Both the position numbers and the translations under genes were made by a program. A stretch of 64,000 nt of DNA from Malacoraja senta (lineage: Eukaryota): the NCBI GenBank assembly GCA_038087875.1, contig JAXLNO010000687.1, positions 1-64,000 of the forward strand, in the 5' to 3' direction. Below, one piece after another: positions 50,623 through 62,397 of this stretch. The notes under the pieces were generated by a model that had not been told where the DNA came from, ran no database searches, and worked only from the letters and a program-made list of their open reading frames with translations. The stretch's first letter is position 1; each line of letters begins with the position of its first letter.

Positions 50623-52659
50623 GTATTGATTTAATTCAGACTCTTGTACTTTAGTGAGCTATATCAGACTGGATGATGTATCATGCCCACAATGAAGAAG
50701 GGTCTCAACGCGAAATGTCACCTATTCCTTCTCTCCAGAGATGCTGCCTGTCCCGCTGAGTTACTCCAGCATTATGTGTCTACCTTCGATTTAAACCAGC
50801 ATCTGCAGTTCTTTCCTGCACATATCATGCCCACAATCCATTCATCTCAAAACCTATTACTTTCCCTGTATAAATCCCAAAATAATGTCCTACAGATCAG
50901 CATTGTTTACATGGAGCTGACAGCACAGTAATAAGGTCATAAGGAATAGAAGTAGAATTAGGCCATTTGGCCCATCAAGTCTACTCCGCCATTCAATCAT
51001 GGCTGATTTATCTCTCCCTCCTAACCCCATTCTCCTGCCTTCTCCCCATAACCTCTGACACCCGTACTAATCAAGAATCTATCTATCTTGTCCAATACTC
51101 CATTTAGATCATTGCCAGGTCCACATGAAGATCATTGAACATGAAGTGACCTAAATCTGCATCCCTTCATAGTTACAGCTTGATTTACTGAACATTTTAT
51201 ATGTTGTTTTTGTACTTCACATTTCTAGCATTTGACGTTGTTTTTCTTTTATGCTTTTGCCATTGTTGATGCTCCAAGCAAACCTTTCCCCATCTAACTT
51301 CCATCCTTCTACTCCTACCCTCACATAACTTGTTACCTTTCTGCCTCAATCATTTCATGTGAGAGCCAGGTTTACCACCTCGCCACTCCCGAGGATTCCT
51401 GCAAATTTCTAATTGGGTTCATTTGTAGGAGCACAAATATAATTGCCGCCACATTTTAGGCCTAATTAGGGATGGGTGATAAATGCTGGCACTTGCTGTA
51501 ACATTCATACCCTATAAATGAATAACAAAATACCTTCCTGCATTCATATCTCCTCGTCTTTGTTCCCTTTCCTAGTAGAAACATCTGTGTATCTACACAA
51601 CAGAATATTCAGTCTAAAGAAGGGTCTCGACCCAAAACGTCACCTATTCCTTTTGTCCCGCTGTTACTCCAGCATTTTGTGTCTATCTTCGGTGTAAACT
51701 AGCATCTGCAGTTCCCTCCTACACATAACATTTTGCAATCTTCTGTTCTAAGAAAAATGGTTTCCAGCAATTCAGCGGTTTCTTCATAGATGACCTTTGC
51801 AGTTTGGTTGTAGTACTTACAAACTGCTTTTTTCCCTCTATCCTTCTGTAATATGTGGAAAATTGGCAGACAAACCAAAAGGAAAGATCCATAGGCATAG
51901 GTAAAGGTAAATATTAAGGGATCTTGTTAACAGATTATAAATTGGAGATCTGGTCCAAAAAGACTATTAGAATATAATTTTTATAGCTTGAAGGCAAAAA
52001 TATGAAAGGGAATTTTGTTCCAGCTGTACAAAACCCATGATGGAGTTCTGGACAACACACAACTGCAGATGCTGGTTTCATTTCTTCAAAGTCATCTTGT
52101 TGAGCTTCATTGCCTGTAACTCTATTTCACCTAGACCACAAGTAACAATAGCCTGTCTCCTTTATCATCATTACGTTTTTGCATATCTTTCATTCATTTG
52201 TTCTATATCTCTCAATATCACTGTCTTTATCTCTCGTGTAGGAAGGAACTGCGGATGCTGGTTTAAACCGAAGATAGACACAAAATGCTGGAGTAACTCA
52301 GCGGGACAGGCAGCATTTCTGGGGAGAAGGAATGGTTGGCGTTTCGGGACGAGACCCTTCTTCAGACTGAATATTCAGACCAAAGAGGGGTCTCGACCCG
52401 AAATGTCACCCATTCCTTCTCTCCAGAGATGCTGCCTGTCCCGTTGAGTAACTCCAGCACTTTGTGTCTATGTTCTATATCTCTCTTTTCCTTTTTCCCT
52501 TTTCCCTGACTCTGTCTGCAGAAGGTTCTTAAACCGAAACGTCACCTATTCCTTTTCTCCAGAGATGCTGTCTGACCCGCTGAGTTACTTAAGCTTTTTG
52601 TGTCTATCTACACTTTTGATGTGTTGGCTTAGAAACCCAACACGCGCATAATAATAGTC

Positions 52660-53260
52660 TATTTGTAGTTCAAAGCTATTTGAGGTTGTAGTGTTCAATA
52701 GCCTGATGGCTCTAGGGAAGAAGCTGTTCCTGAACCTGGACGTTACAGTTTAAGCCCCTGCACCTTCTTCCCGATAGCAGTGGTGAAATGAATGTGTGGC
52801 CAGGATGGTGTGGGTCTCTGATGATGTTGGCTGCCTTTTTGAGGCAGCGACTCCGATAAATCCCTTCGATGGTGGGGAGGTCAGAGCCGGTGATGGACTG
52901 GGCTGTGTTCACAACTTTTTGCATTCTTTTCCGCTCCTGGATGTACAAGTTGCCGAACTAGGCCATGATGCAACCAGTCAATATGCTCTCTACTGTACAC
53001 CTGTAGAAGTTCAAGAGAATCAACTTTAACATACCGAATCTCCTGAATCTTCTCGGGAAGTAGAGGAGTTGATGTGCTTTATTTATAATTGCATCAGTGT
53101 GCTGGGTCCAGGAAAGATTTTCAGAAATATGCACGCCCAGGAATTTGAAGTTTTTGACTCTCTCCCCCATCGATATAAACAGGATTTACCAAATGGTGCC
53201 AGCACAACCTAGCTCTCAATATCAGCAAAACCAATGAATTGATTGTGGACTTTGGAAGAG
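52660..53260 (-). mobile_element. Rex1-like LINE 3' fragment
   Basis: FKFLGVHISENLSW...LYFPRRFRRFG...FYRCTVESIL and HPGHTFISPLLSGRR. Confidence 0.85.
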
Positions 53261-53340
53261 GAAATAGAGAATACTGTACATAGATTTTGTTGGTAATCTT
53301 GAGTAACAAATATTTTCAAATGATTTCTGTGAGTTCTTAA

Positions 53341-53752
53341 AGGGCCTGTCCCACGGGCATGCGACTCCATGCGGCAAGCGCGACCGAACCGCAAGCGGGG
53401 GCCGCGCGGAGGTCGAGTGATCCCCGTACAGGGCCGGTCCCACCAGCATGCGGCTGCATGCGGCAAGCGCTACCAAATCGGAAGCGGGGGCCGCGCGGAG
53501 GTCAAGTGACGTCAAGACGGTGCATACGGCGGCACGGCCTCGATGCGGCTGCGGGGCGGCAGGCCGTTGCCGCACGGAATTTTTGAACAGTGTCAGTTTT
53601 TCGGAGCCCCGCACGATGTCGGGACCTGCTCCGCACAACTCCATACGGCTCCGGCGATCGAAGTGGGACCGGCCCCGTGACCTCCACGCGGCCCCCGCTT
53701 GCGGTTAGGTTACGCTTGCCGCATGGAGTCGCATGCCCGTGGGACAGGCCCT
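53341..53752. mobile_element. Harbinger/PIF-type MITE, 412 bp, GC/CpG-rich
   Basis: Long TIR AGGGCCTGTCCCACGGGCATGCGACTCCATGCGGCAAGCG and its reverse complement at the right end. Flanks TAA/TTA. Internal duplication of the subterminal unit. Confidence 0.8.
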
Positions 53753-54264
53753 TTAGTATTTCAAAAATATATAAATGGGAGAAGATTAGAAGTTTGATTT
53801 TCTACTGGAGTCAAGAGCAGGAAAACAACATCAGTAACTGTCTTAAAGATTTTAGAAATCGTTTTACAGCAAATGTTAGTTGACTTAATTCTCACAAAAG
53901 AGCATTTTGGTTCAATTAATAAATTAAAATTGGAGATTGGAAATCATTCTAGCCTAGGATATTAAAGATATGGAGCTAGTGCAGATGGTGGGTTAGGATG
54001 CTGATAGCCATGTGGTCCTTAAATTGTACAGGATCAACTGTCTGAAGAAGGGTCTTGACCCAAAACGTCACCCATTCCTTCTCTCCAGAGATGCTGCCTG
54101 TCCTGCTGAGTTACTCCAACATTTTGTGTCTATCTTCAGGATCAACATAAAGTTTCTGCTTTTGAATTCTGTTTATCTCAAAGAGAGCCCTATTATTTAG
54201 GACGTTTTATGGTTTTATCTATATTGCTTTTATAATTGCAAATGGGTACTTCTCCACCCTTTTG

Positions 54265-55308
54265 TAGCAATGTTACAAAATTTTGAGATTTTAAAAATAA
54301 AGTCTGCAATTTATCCCATCAGATAAAGCATAAAAAGAAGTTTAATTTGACACCTAATTCACTTTCATATCTTCAGTATTAAAAAAGTTATGGCCATTTT
54401 CATACTCGGAAATTAGCATCTTGTTCCCTATTGCTTTTCCATTGACTTAACACAAAAGCTGTGATCGAGGACAGTCAAAAGCCCATAACTTTCTTAAAAA
54501 TTAAGAGAACTGAAAGAAATTTTCAGTTATTATAGATTGAAGCATTCTGAAACAAATATGAAACAATCTTACTTAGAAGACATGAAATTAAAGCATATAA
54601 TTAGTTAGTTACCTAATTGTAGCTAATTACAAAATTCAATTACTAGATCTAAACATCTATCAATTTCTTAAGAATAGATTAACATTTTTAAATAGCCTAA
54701 GTGTCCAAATAACATTCACACAAGAATTCACAATATAACATAATTTTTAAATCTCATTGTCATGAATTTACAGGCCAAATGGAAGGAATTGAATGTTTAA
54801 TACCTGTAAATTAATGGGCATTTAAATCATCGTGTGAGTGAGGATTTCTGGAACGCGATCTTTTGGAACGTTCATTTGCGGTGAATTTAACCCCGTATCG
54901 GCATGAAAAATACTGCCGTTAGTTCGGGGAATAAAATCACCGTTTCGCATGAAAAAATGTGAATTAAAGGATTCTTAAGAAGCACTTTTATACATTTAAA
55001 TAAACCACTTTCGTTTACCTGTCCCGTGTGTGAAATCCGTCCCCGTTATCGGCGTTGACGGCTTCAGGAGCTGCTTTTAAAATGACTCCAGGGCTGACAT
55101 TGCCGATTTAATAAAAATAAAAAATTCACAAAACGCCCCTAGGAACGATTTTTCAGCAAACGCTTGTACTCCAACGAAATATAATTCAGGACAAGGTAGG
55201 AGAAACCCGCGTTTTAAGCCCGCCCCCCCCCTTAAAGGCGCCAAAATCGCGCACACGGCCAGTGGCAGAATTACAGCGCCATTGAAGGTAAGTTTTGTAA
55301 CATACCTA
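54265..55308. mobile_element. Unclassified non-autonomous DNA transposon, 1044 bp
   Basis: Imperfect TIRs TAGCAATGTTACAAAATTT / AAGTTTTGTAACATACCTA. Direct flanking repeat ccttttg (54258-54264 and 55309-55315). No ORF. Confidence 0.8.
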
Positions 55309-56424
55309 CCTTTTGCATTCTATTTTGCAATGATTTTTTTATTCCTTGTGGCAAACTTTACTGGCTTTATCTTGCACTAAATATTATTCACGATATTCCC
55401 TTTATCATGTATCTGTACACTGTCGATGGCACAATTATAATCATGTATTGTCTTTCCGCTGACTGGTTAGCATGCAACAAAAGCTTCTCACTGTACCTCG
55501 GTACACGTGACAGTAAACTAATGACTCTACTAGCTCACATAGCCGTATTACAATTTATTTGGCATTTATATCCCAATTTTGCACTTGTTCTGATGTCTCA
55601 GAATCAATAAGCATACCTTCACCCCTCCCCTTTACAGAAACAGGTAATCAATATGGTTATGGGGTTAAGAAGGAAAGCAGTCAAGACCAAGATTAGATTA
55701 GCCAGTCTGAGGAAGTGTCTCGACCCGGAACGTCACCCATTCCTTCTCTCCAGAGATGCTGCCTGTCCCACTGAGTTACTCCAGGTTGTGTGCCAATCTT
55801 CGGTTTAACCAGCATCTGCAGTTCCTTCTTACACATCAGATTAGCACTGATTGGTAGAGGCTGTGAAACCTCAAACAGGCCCCTATGGAATACCAATTGC
55901 TCCATCACCCACCTTACTTGTGGGGAAACTCCTCTTTTGCAGCCTGCTTACTAACCATTCTGCTGTTTGCCCTAACCTTAGTCACCTTCTGCTTGGCAGG
56001 CTAATGGGTTATTCATGCACTAGTTGAAATTCAGAGTGATAGTAAATATGGGGCAGTATGCATTCGTGCACGATAGTGATCCATTTTGAAACCGGTAATC
56101 CCAGAAATGTCCGGTTATGCTTGGCATATATCCTGTTCATAGAGTATTCCGTCAGACTGATGTCCTGTGAACTATTCTGATCCCTATTGGCAAGGACTGC
56201 TAGTGGACAAATCCTACATTTGTTCAGGTTTTTGAAACTTCAGAAACAAAAAGTGCAAATGTTGTGCTTTTCCATTTATGAAATGAATCAATTTTGCGAT
56301 GTAAAGTGACATGGTACAAGTGTCAGATTTGTTCAGTAGATATTCTCATCTAGGCCATGTTAATCTCTCTACCTCAGTCTGTTTGAAATGGGATGCAGTA
56401 ATATTGTAATATTTTTCTTTCCAG

Positions 56425-56535
56425 GATGCTCTTCAGGGTTACAAGACTCAGAACAAATACCTGAACAAGGAAATCTTAGAACTATCTGTGCTTAAGAGAA
56501 ATGCTGAGATGAGAGAAAATGCTCTGGAAGCAAAG
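56425..56535 (+). CDS. TBC1D2B: TBC1D2B coding exon 7
   Basis: ccag|GAT...AAG|gtattt; 111 nt, phase 0 to 0. DALQGYKTQNKYLNKEILELSVLKRNAEMRENALEAK matches recalled human DNLQGYKTQNKFLNKEILELSALRRNAERRERDLMAK. Confidence 0.96.
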
Positions 56536-56603
56536 GTATTTCAACTGCAGTAAATGTCCACCTGTATTGATCACGCATATACTGTAAATTTCCATAGTTT
56601 GAA

Positions 56604-56889
56604 CTTTAGTTTAGAGATATAGCCCGCGAGGAAACAGGCCCTTCGGCCCACCGAGTCCGTGCCGACCAGTGATCGCTGCGCACTATCCTACACACAGTAG
56701 GGACAATTTACAATGATACCACAGCAATTAGCCTACAAACCTGTTCGTCTTTGGAGTGTGGAAGGAAACCAGAGCTCCTGGAGAAAACCCACGCAGGTCA
56801 TGGGGAGAACAAACACACTCTGTACAGACAGCACTCACAGTTGGGATCGGTGCAGTAAGGCAGCAACTCTACTACTGCGCTACTGTGCT
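56604..56889 (-). mobile_element. V-SINE (HE1-like)
   Basis: Tail, V-domain and partly deleted head on the minus strand. Confidence 0.82.
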
Positions 56890-57640
56890 CTCTATATGTG
56901 TTAGGGGCAGTTTTCATTTGTTTTAAGATTTGGTGTGGACAATTGCCTTAATTTTGTATGTTCCCTAAAAAAAATTTCAAGTTAGTAACTTAAAAAAAAA
57001 AAAAGCTGAATAATGATCAGAGTTGGATTCATCCAGATGCATTCAAACACCTTGTGTGCACATCCAGTAATGAAATCCTCTCCTGAAGATGAGCCATCCT
57101 CCTCTCCCTGCAGCTTCCTCAGCATCACACTTCATGATGCACTGTGCTGCCTGCCCATCAATGGCCCTATTTTGATTAAATTGAAATCTTAATTTTCCTT
57201 TCTTGCATTTAGCACAGCAACCACTGATCTGTGGTAATTTATCCTTGCCCTTAAATCTTCAGCCAGTTGAAAATGCAGTCAAGATGCTTGGCTGTTTATT
57301 ATTATTTAACATTTTTCCTTTAGCATATTTCAATCTTGATATTTAGAGAAACTGATCCTTTGTCACTCAGATGTATTTATAAAAATAAAATTTGAGGACC
57401 ATAGAAATAAACCTACACTTTCTGAAACATTTAATTTTACTTTGTGGCAAATAAGTTAATGAAACTGAACAATAACATTTCTTGTTCATAGTATCGATGA
57501 GTTAAGGGGCTGGTGATTGTAGATAGACACAAAATGCTGGGGCAACTCAACGAGTCAGGCAGCATCTCTGGAGAAAAGGAATAGATGACGTTTCAGGTCA
57601 TCTTCAAACTGCAAGTCAGGGGAGATGGAAACTAGAAGTA

Positions 57641-57996
57641 ATAATGATAATGGATGGGATTTATATAGCGCCTTTCTAATACTCAAGGCGCTTTACATTG
57701 CATTATTCATTCACTCCTCAGTCACACTCGGTGGTGGTGAGCTACTTCTGTAGCCACAGCTGCCCTGGGGCAGACTGACGGAGGCGTGGCTGCTAATCTG
57801 CGCCTACGGCCCCTCCGACCACCACCAATCACTCACACACATTCACACACCTTCACACGCAGGCAAAGGTGGGTGAAGTGTCTTGCCCAAGGACACAACG
57901 ACAGTATGCATTCCAAGCGGGATTCGAACCGGCTACCTTCCGGTTGCCAGCCGAATACTTAGCCCATTGCGCCATCTGTCGTCCCTAATGTCGTCA
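57641..57996 (-). mobile_element. tRNA-derived CORE-type (AFC-like) SINE with an L2-type tail
   Basis: Minus strand GGGACGACAGATGGCGCAATGG (A box), GGTTCGAATCCC (B box), GTGTCCTTGGGCAAGACACTT (CORE), tail GTAAAGCGCCTTGAG...AAAGGCGCTATATAAAT..(ATT)n. 8-bp TSD tagaagta (57633-57640 and 57997-58004). Confidence 0.88.
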
Positions 57997-58599
57997 TAGA
58001 AGTATGAAAAGGTATAGAACAAATCAGAGCTGGTAGATGTTGGGTTGGGAAAAGACAACAGATGGTGATTCCCTGTGTGTGTGTGCGTACGTGTGGCTAT
58101 CACCTAGATCTAAGCCAGCTATTACTGCCAAGAGTAGAATAGTGCAGACACTGACTGCAATAAACTTAAACCCACATATATGTCTGAGCTTATTTTATTT
58201 GTTTGTGTACTTATCCAACTACGACAAAACTAGACTAAAGAAATATAATTAGGTGGATAATAGGTGGATGACCTGAGTTGGAAGTTAAAAATGTTTTGGA
58301 GGCTTCAAGGGATATGGGGTCATTCCAGAGAAATGAGGAATGAGAGCTGATCTCATTGGAACACAAGGACACAAAGTACTTGAGTAAATCAGTGGGTTAG
58401 GCAGCATCTCTGGCAAACATGGATAGGTGATTTTTCAGGTCAAGACCCTTGCAACTGAACTTGACTTGAAACGTCACCTATCCATGTTCTCCAGTGATGC
58501 TGCCTCACTTGCTGAGTTACTCCAGCACTTTGTGTCCTTTTGTGCTTCCACTCATTGAAACATTTTTTTTAATGGGGTGAATACAAGGATGATTTTTGT

Positions 58600-58885
58600 C
58601 TGTGGTGTCTAAACCCAGGTTCAAGGTGAGAAGGGAAAGATTTAATATGAATTTAATAGCAACTTTTTCACACAGAAGGTGGTTGGTACATGGAGTAATC
58701 AGCCAGAGGAAGTAGTTGAGGCAGGAGGTACAATGACTACATTCAAAAGACATTTGGACAGATACATGGATAGGAAAGGTTTAGAGGGATATAGGCCAAA
58801 CAAGGGTAAATTGGAATAGCTTAGCTGGGGCATCTTGGTTAGCTGGACAAATTGGGCTGATGGCCTGTATCTAATTTGTGTGAAT
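58600..58885 (+). mobile_element. CR1 3' end fragment
   Basis: FKVRRERF...NFFTQKVVGTWS and the 3'UTR. Confidence 0.75.
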
Positions 58886-59889
58886 CTATATTCAGTCTAA
58901 ATACTGAAACATTTACATACCCTTATTTTGTTTCCTTCAGTCATCTTATTAACCTAATCTAAAATGTTGACTCCTCTGTTTTGGTCATCACTCATATATT
59001 TTGCAACCTTAAGCCTCTTCTTTGAAGCTTTATTCTAATAATCGTTGTTCAGTACACATGACAGTAGTAAACCAATACCAACAATAGATACAACGATTTT
59101 TTTTAACTGTCACAATTCATAGGAGTGTCATTTGAACTTATCAGGTTTGTTTTCACAAATGCCTTGATAGTTCATGACAATATTCATCCACTTGTATTCA
59201 ATATTGTATTCAATACTCAATATTCAACAACAGTTGTATTGATTGATCAGTGAAACAACAGAAAAATAAACGGAGTGGCAGGACCTACTGCTAGTTACTG
59301 GGATTCTGCCCAGGAGGATTAATGAGGAATGTTGTGAGTGCTTCATCCCCTTTGCATTGAAAATTCAAGTTATTTTGTTAACTCTTTCCGCGAGCATTTG
59401 CAAAGGGGTCACCCAGATAGAGCTCCAAGATGATTAAAAAACATCATAACCGTTTCAATGATGATTATGTCGTAATTGCATCTGACATGTATCATCGACA
59501 TGTATGGTTAAACATCATAGATAAGCACTTTCTTGACCAATCCATAACATCTATTCATCTTCGATCAATCCGTGATGAGCTCCCTGACCGTGTCAGTATC
59601 TGGTTATAACAAAGCTTGCCTTTGCTTCAATCAGTGTCGCGTCCCTTCAAAGGTCATTGTTTTCAATAGGCCTGTTATATGGAGTAACCACATTCTCGCT
59701 CAAGGGTCCAGATTTTCCCAAAGCTCATCACCACTCCCCTCATGCTTACACAGGTTAATTGCTGTATGAACAAGCTCCTTATGTCTCTGATGAACATTCA
59801 CTGAGCTGTAAGTCTTGCTCAGCCTGCTTGCAGAGTTACAGGAACTGGGTCTGACTTGTTTCATAGGAACAGGCATTTTGTGTACACCT

Positions 59890-60168
59890 TTAGACTTTAC
59901 TGCGTAGTAATGGGCCCTTCACCCCACCGAGTCTGTGCCGACCAGCGATCACTCATACACTAGCATTATCATACACTTATACTCATACACATACAATTTA
60001 TAGAAGCCAATTAAACTGCAAACCTGCGCGCCTTTTGAGTGTGGGAGGAAACCGAAGCACGAAGGGAAAACCCATGCGGTCACAAGGAGAATGTACAAAC
60101 TCGTACAGACAGCATCCGAGGTCAGGATAGAACCATGGTCACAGGCGCTGTAAGGCACCGTGCCGCCC
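59890..60168 (-). mobile_element. V-SINE (HE1-like)
   Basis: Tail, V-domain and head with an internal deletion. Confidence 0.82.
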
Positions 60169-60557
60169 CTACTGCATCAGACCCTAAGTGCCATCAAATT
60201 ATACTCTGGCAAGGAATGTACCCACATCTTCAAAACCAGGGTTGGTCCTATATTTCCAAATAAAAATCTCTCTTGCTTTAAAATTCCGAGTGTAGATTTT
60301 CCAATTAACTAAATTTAGGACAAGTGTATGTTGGGATTTCTTTCAGTCAGTGTTAGTTTAGACATGAGTTTAGACATTGGTTCCTTCCAGAGAACTTCCT
60401 CAATTCTTGTGTGATGATAGTTTACCCTTTCCCAATGCACGTTGAGTGTGGCAATGATTTTGGTCACATTCATTGAAAAATATCTAAACCATCTGATTTC
60501 ATATAATACGTGTTGTTCTTCTGACAGTGATTGCTTTCTCTCCCCCTATCTTGCCAG

Positions 60558-60751
60558 TGCACCAGCCTAGAAGCTAGACTGTGCCAGGTAGAGAGCAAAC
60601 ATCTCGTACTCCTCCAGGAAGTGAAGAACCCTGTGTGTTCTGGGGAAAAAGGTCCCACGCATGAAGTAATTTCCAGACTCTTGGAAGATGCTCTGAAAGT
60701 GGACAGCGCCGATCAACCGGAGCAAACCGTTCTCAAGCCAAATCCTGTCAG
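60558..60751 (+). CDS. TBC1D2B: TBC1D2B coding exon 8
   Basis: ccag|TGC...GTCAG|gtaata; 194 nt, phase 0 to 2. CTSLEARLCQVESKHLVLLQEVKNPVCSGEKGPTHEVISRLLEDALKV matches recalled human YSSLEAKLCQIESKYLILLQEMKTPVCSEDQGPTREVIAQLLEDALQV. Confidence 0.96.
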
Positions 60752-61685
60752 GTAATATCACATCACGGGTCTCTGTGCCAGGGTGGGGAAGGAAAACCTT
60801 GAAATAACGTTTAATGGCTCCCCACTGAAAGGAGAAGAAAACGACTGAAGAAAGAGAGACACAAGGAACTGCTGATGTTGGAATCTTGAGTAATACTCTG
60901 TAAGTGTTGGAGTAACTCAGTAGTTCAGGCAGCATCTGTGGAGGGAATGGACAGGTGATGTTTTGGGTAGGATACTTCTGAAGAAGGAGTTGCTACTTGG
61001 TCTATCAAGCCCTCAATGAATGCTGGTTGTAGAGCAGGCTTGAAGGCACATGATGTTCATATCTTTTGTTGAGAGAAAAGAGAAAGGAAGATAAAACTAT
61101 CAGCATTTTATAATGCAATAAAACAAGTTGCAAGATAATTGGCCACATCAGTTCATGTTTATACTGCACATGAGCAGTAGTTATAACTATTCTTTCTCTG
61201 ATCTCATATTCCCATATCCTTCACTTACCTTTTTTAAGCTGCTTTTAAATGTTAACTCCATTTTGATCAGAACTCTGATGTATTCTGCAGACCTGCAGGC
61301 CAGAGTTTAAAATAAAATGTTTCACCTCAGTCTTAAATCTATCTTCTAATCTTTTATCTATGCCCCCTTGTAGACTAGTCAACCACCGGAAACAGATTCA
61401 TCTCTTAAATTTTAAACCCTTTTGCAAAATTGCTTATTTGTCGAGTTTGTTTGCATGCAAAAAAGCCCCAATCTTTTTTATTTGTGCTTCCACGTACTGA
61501 GCCCCCTCTTAATTTATCGTTGATATACTCTCAACTCTGTCGAGATGTTCAGAGTATAACCAAAATTCATTATGATCCACTAAGGTGTTGCAATGATTCA
61601 CAGATACATCTTTTCAATTAATTCTCATGCACAATGTATACTTTTTTTTAATGTTAATTGAATTCTGCTTGCAGCCTTTGCCTAA

Positions 61686-61910
61686 AGGGTCTGTCCCACT
61701 TTCACGACCTGATTCACGACCTTTTTTACTCGTGGACATTTTTCATCATGCTAGAAAAACGCCCCGACCTACTTGATGCCACGAGTACCTACGACTAGCA
61801 CCACCGTCTGCTACGACCTACCTACGACCTCCTACGAACTTGTGACGACCATGCTGCCAGTATGAGTCAAGGGCAAGCTCGGCAGAGGTCGTGAAAGTGG
61901 GAGAGACCCT
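61686..61910. mobile_element. Harbinger/PIF-type MITE, 225 bp
   Basis: TIR AGGGTCTGTCCCACTTTCACGACCT...AGGTCGTGAAAGTGGGAGAGACCCT. Flanks TAA/TTA. Internal (T/C)ACGAC repeats. Confidence 0.78.
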
Positions 61911-62195
61911 TTATCCTTCTATCATTCTATGAAGATAGACCCAAAATGCTGGAGTAACTCAGTGGGTCAGGCAGCATCTCTGGAGAAAAGGAACAGGTGA
62001 TGTTTCAGCCCGAGACCCTCCTTCATTCCATGTCCTCCTCCATTTTTTCATAGTATTTCACTGTACAATCTAGATATCTGCAAATTTGTCCTCCACCTTG
62101 AAATTTGCATTTTTTTTGAGCAATTTCCTTATTTTAAATATATCTTTATTTACAGTGAAAGTATCAGCTCACTCACCTTAATGCTTACACATAAA

Positions 62196-62397
62196 CTGAC
62201 AAAACCACACTGCTTCCCTTATCCCTTTTTTTTTTTTTTAACAAGGGATAAGGGATGCAGTGTGGTTTTTGTCAGAGTTGAGAGTATATCAACGATAAAT
62301 TAAGAGGGGGCTCAGTACGTGGAAGCACAAATAAAAAAGATTGGGGCTATGAGACGGTATAATAGACGGATTGGGGCTATAAGACGGTATAATAGGG
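62196..62397. repeat. Complex templated insertion: fold-back hairpin, inverted copy of 61464-61539, and a short tandem duplication
   Basis: 62196-62227 pairs with 62243-62275. 62273-62348 is the exact reverse complement of 61464-61539. GATTGGGGCTAT(G/A)AGACGGTATAATAG occurs twice. Confidence 0.9.

Noticed and set aside
53209..53883. Cluster of overlapping GC-rich ORFs and apparent CpG island
   Set aside because: Explained by the palindromic 412-bp MITE; GC-rich sequence lacks stops and the translations have no protein motifs.
59429..59769. Unique, relatively CpG-rich stretch with short open frames (MIKKHHNRFNDDYVV...)
   Set aside because: No recognisable homology, convincing splice sites or TE ends; cannot be supported without a database search.
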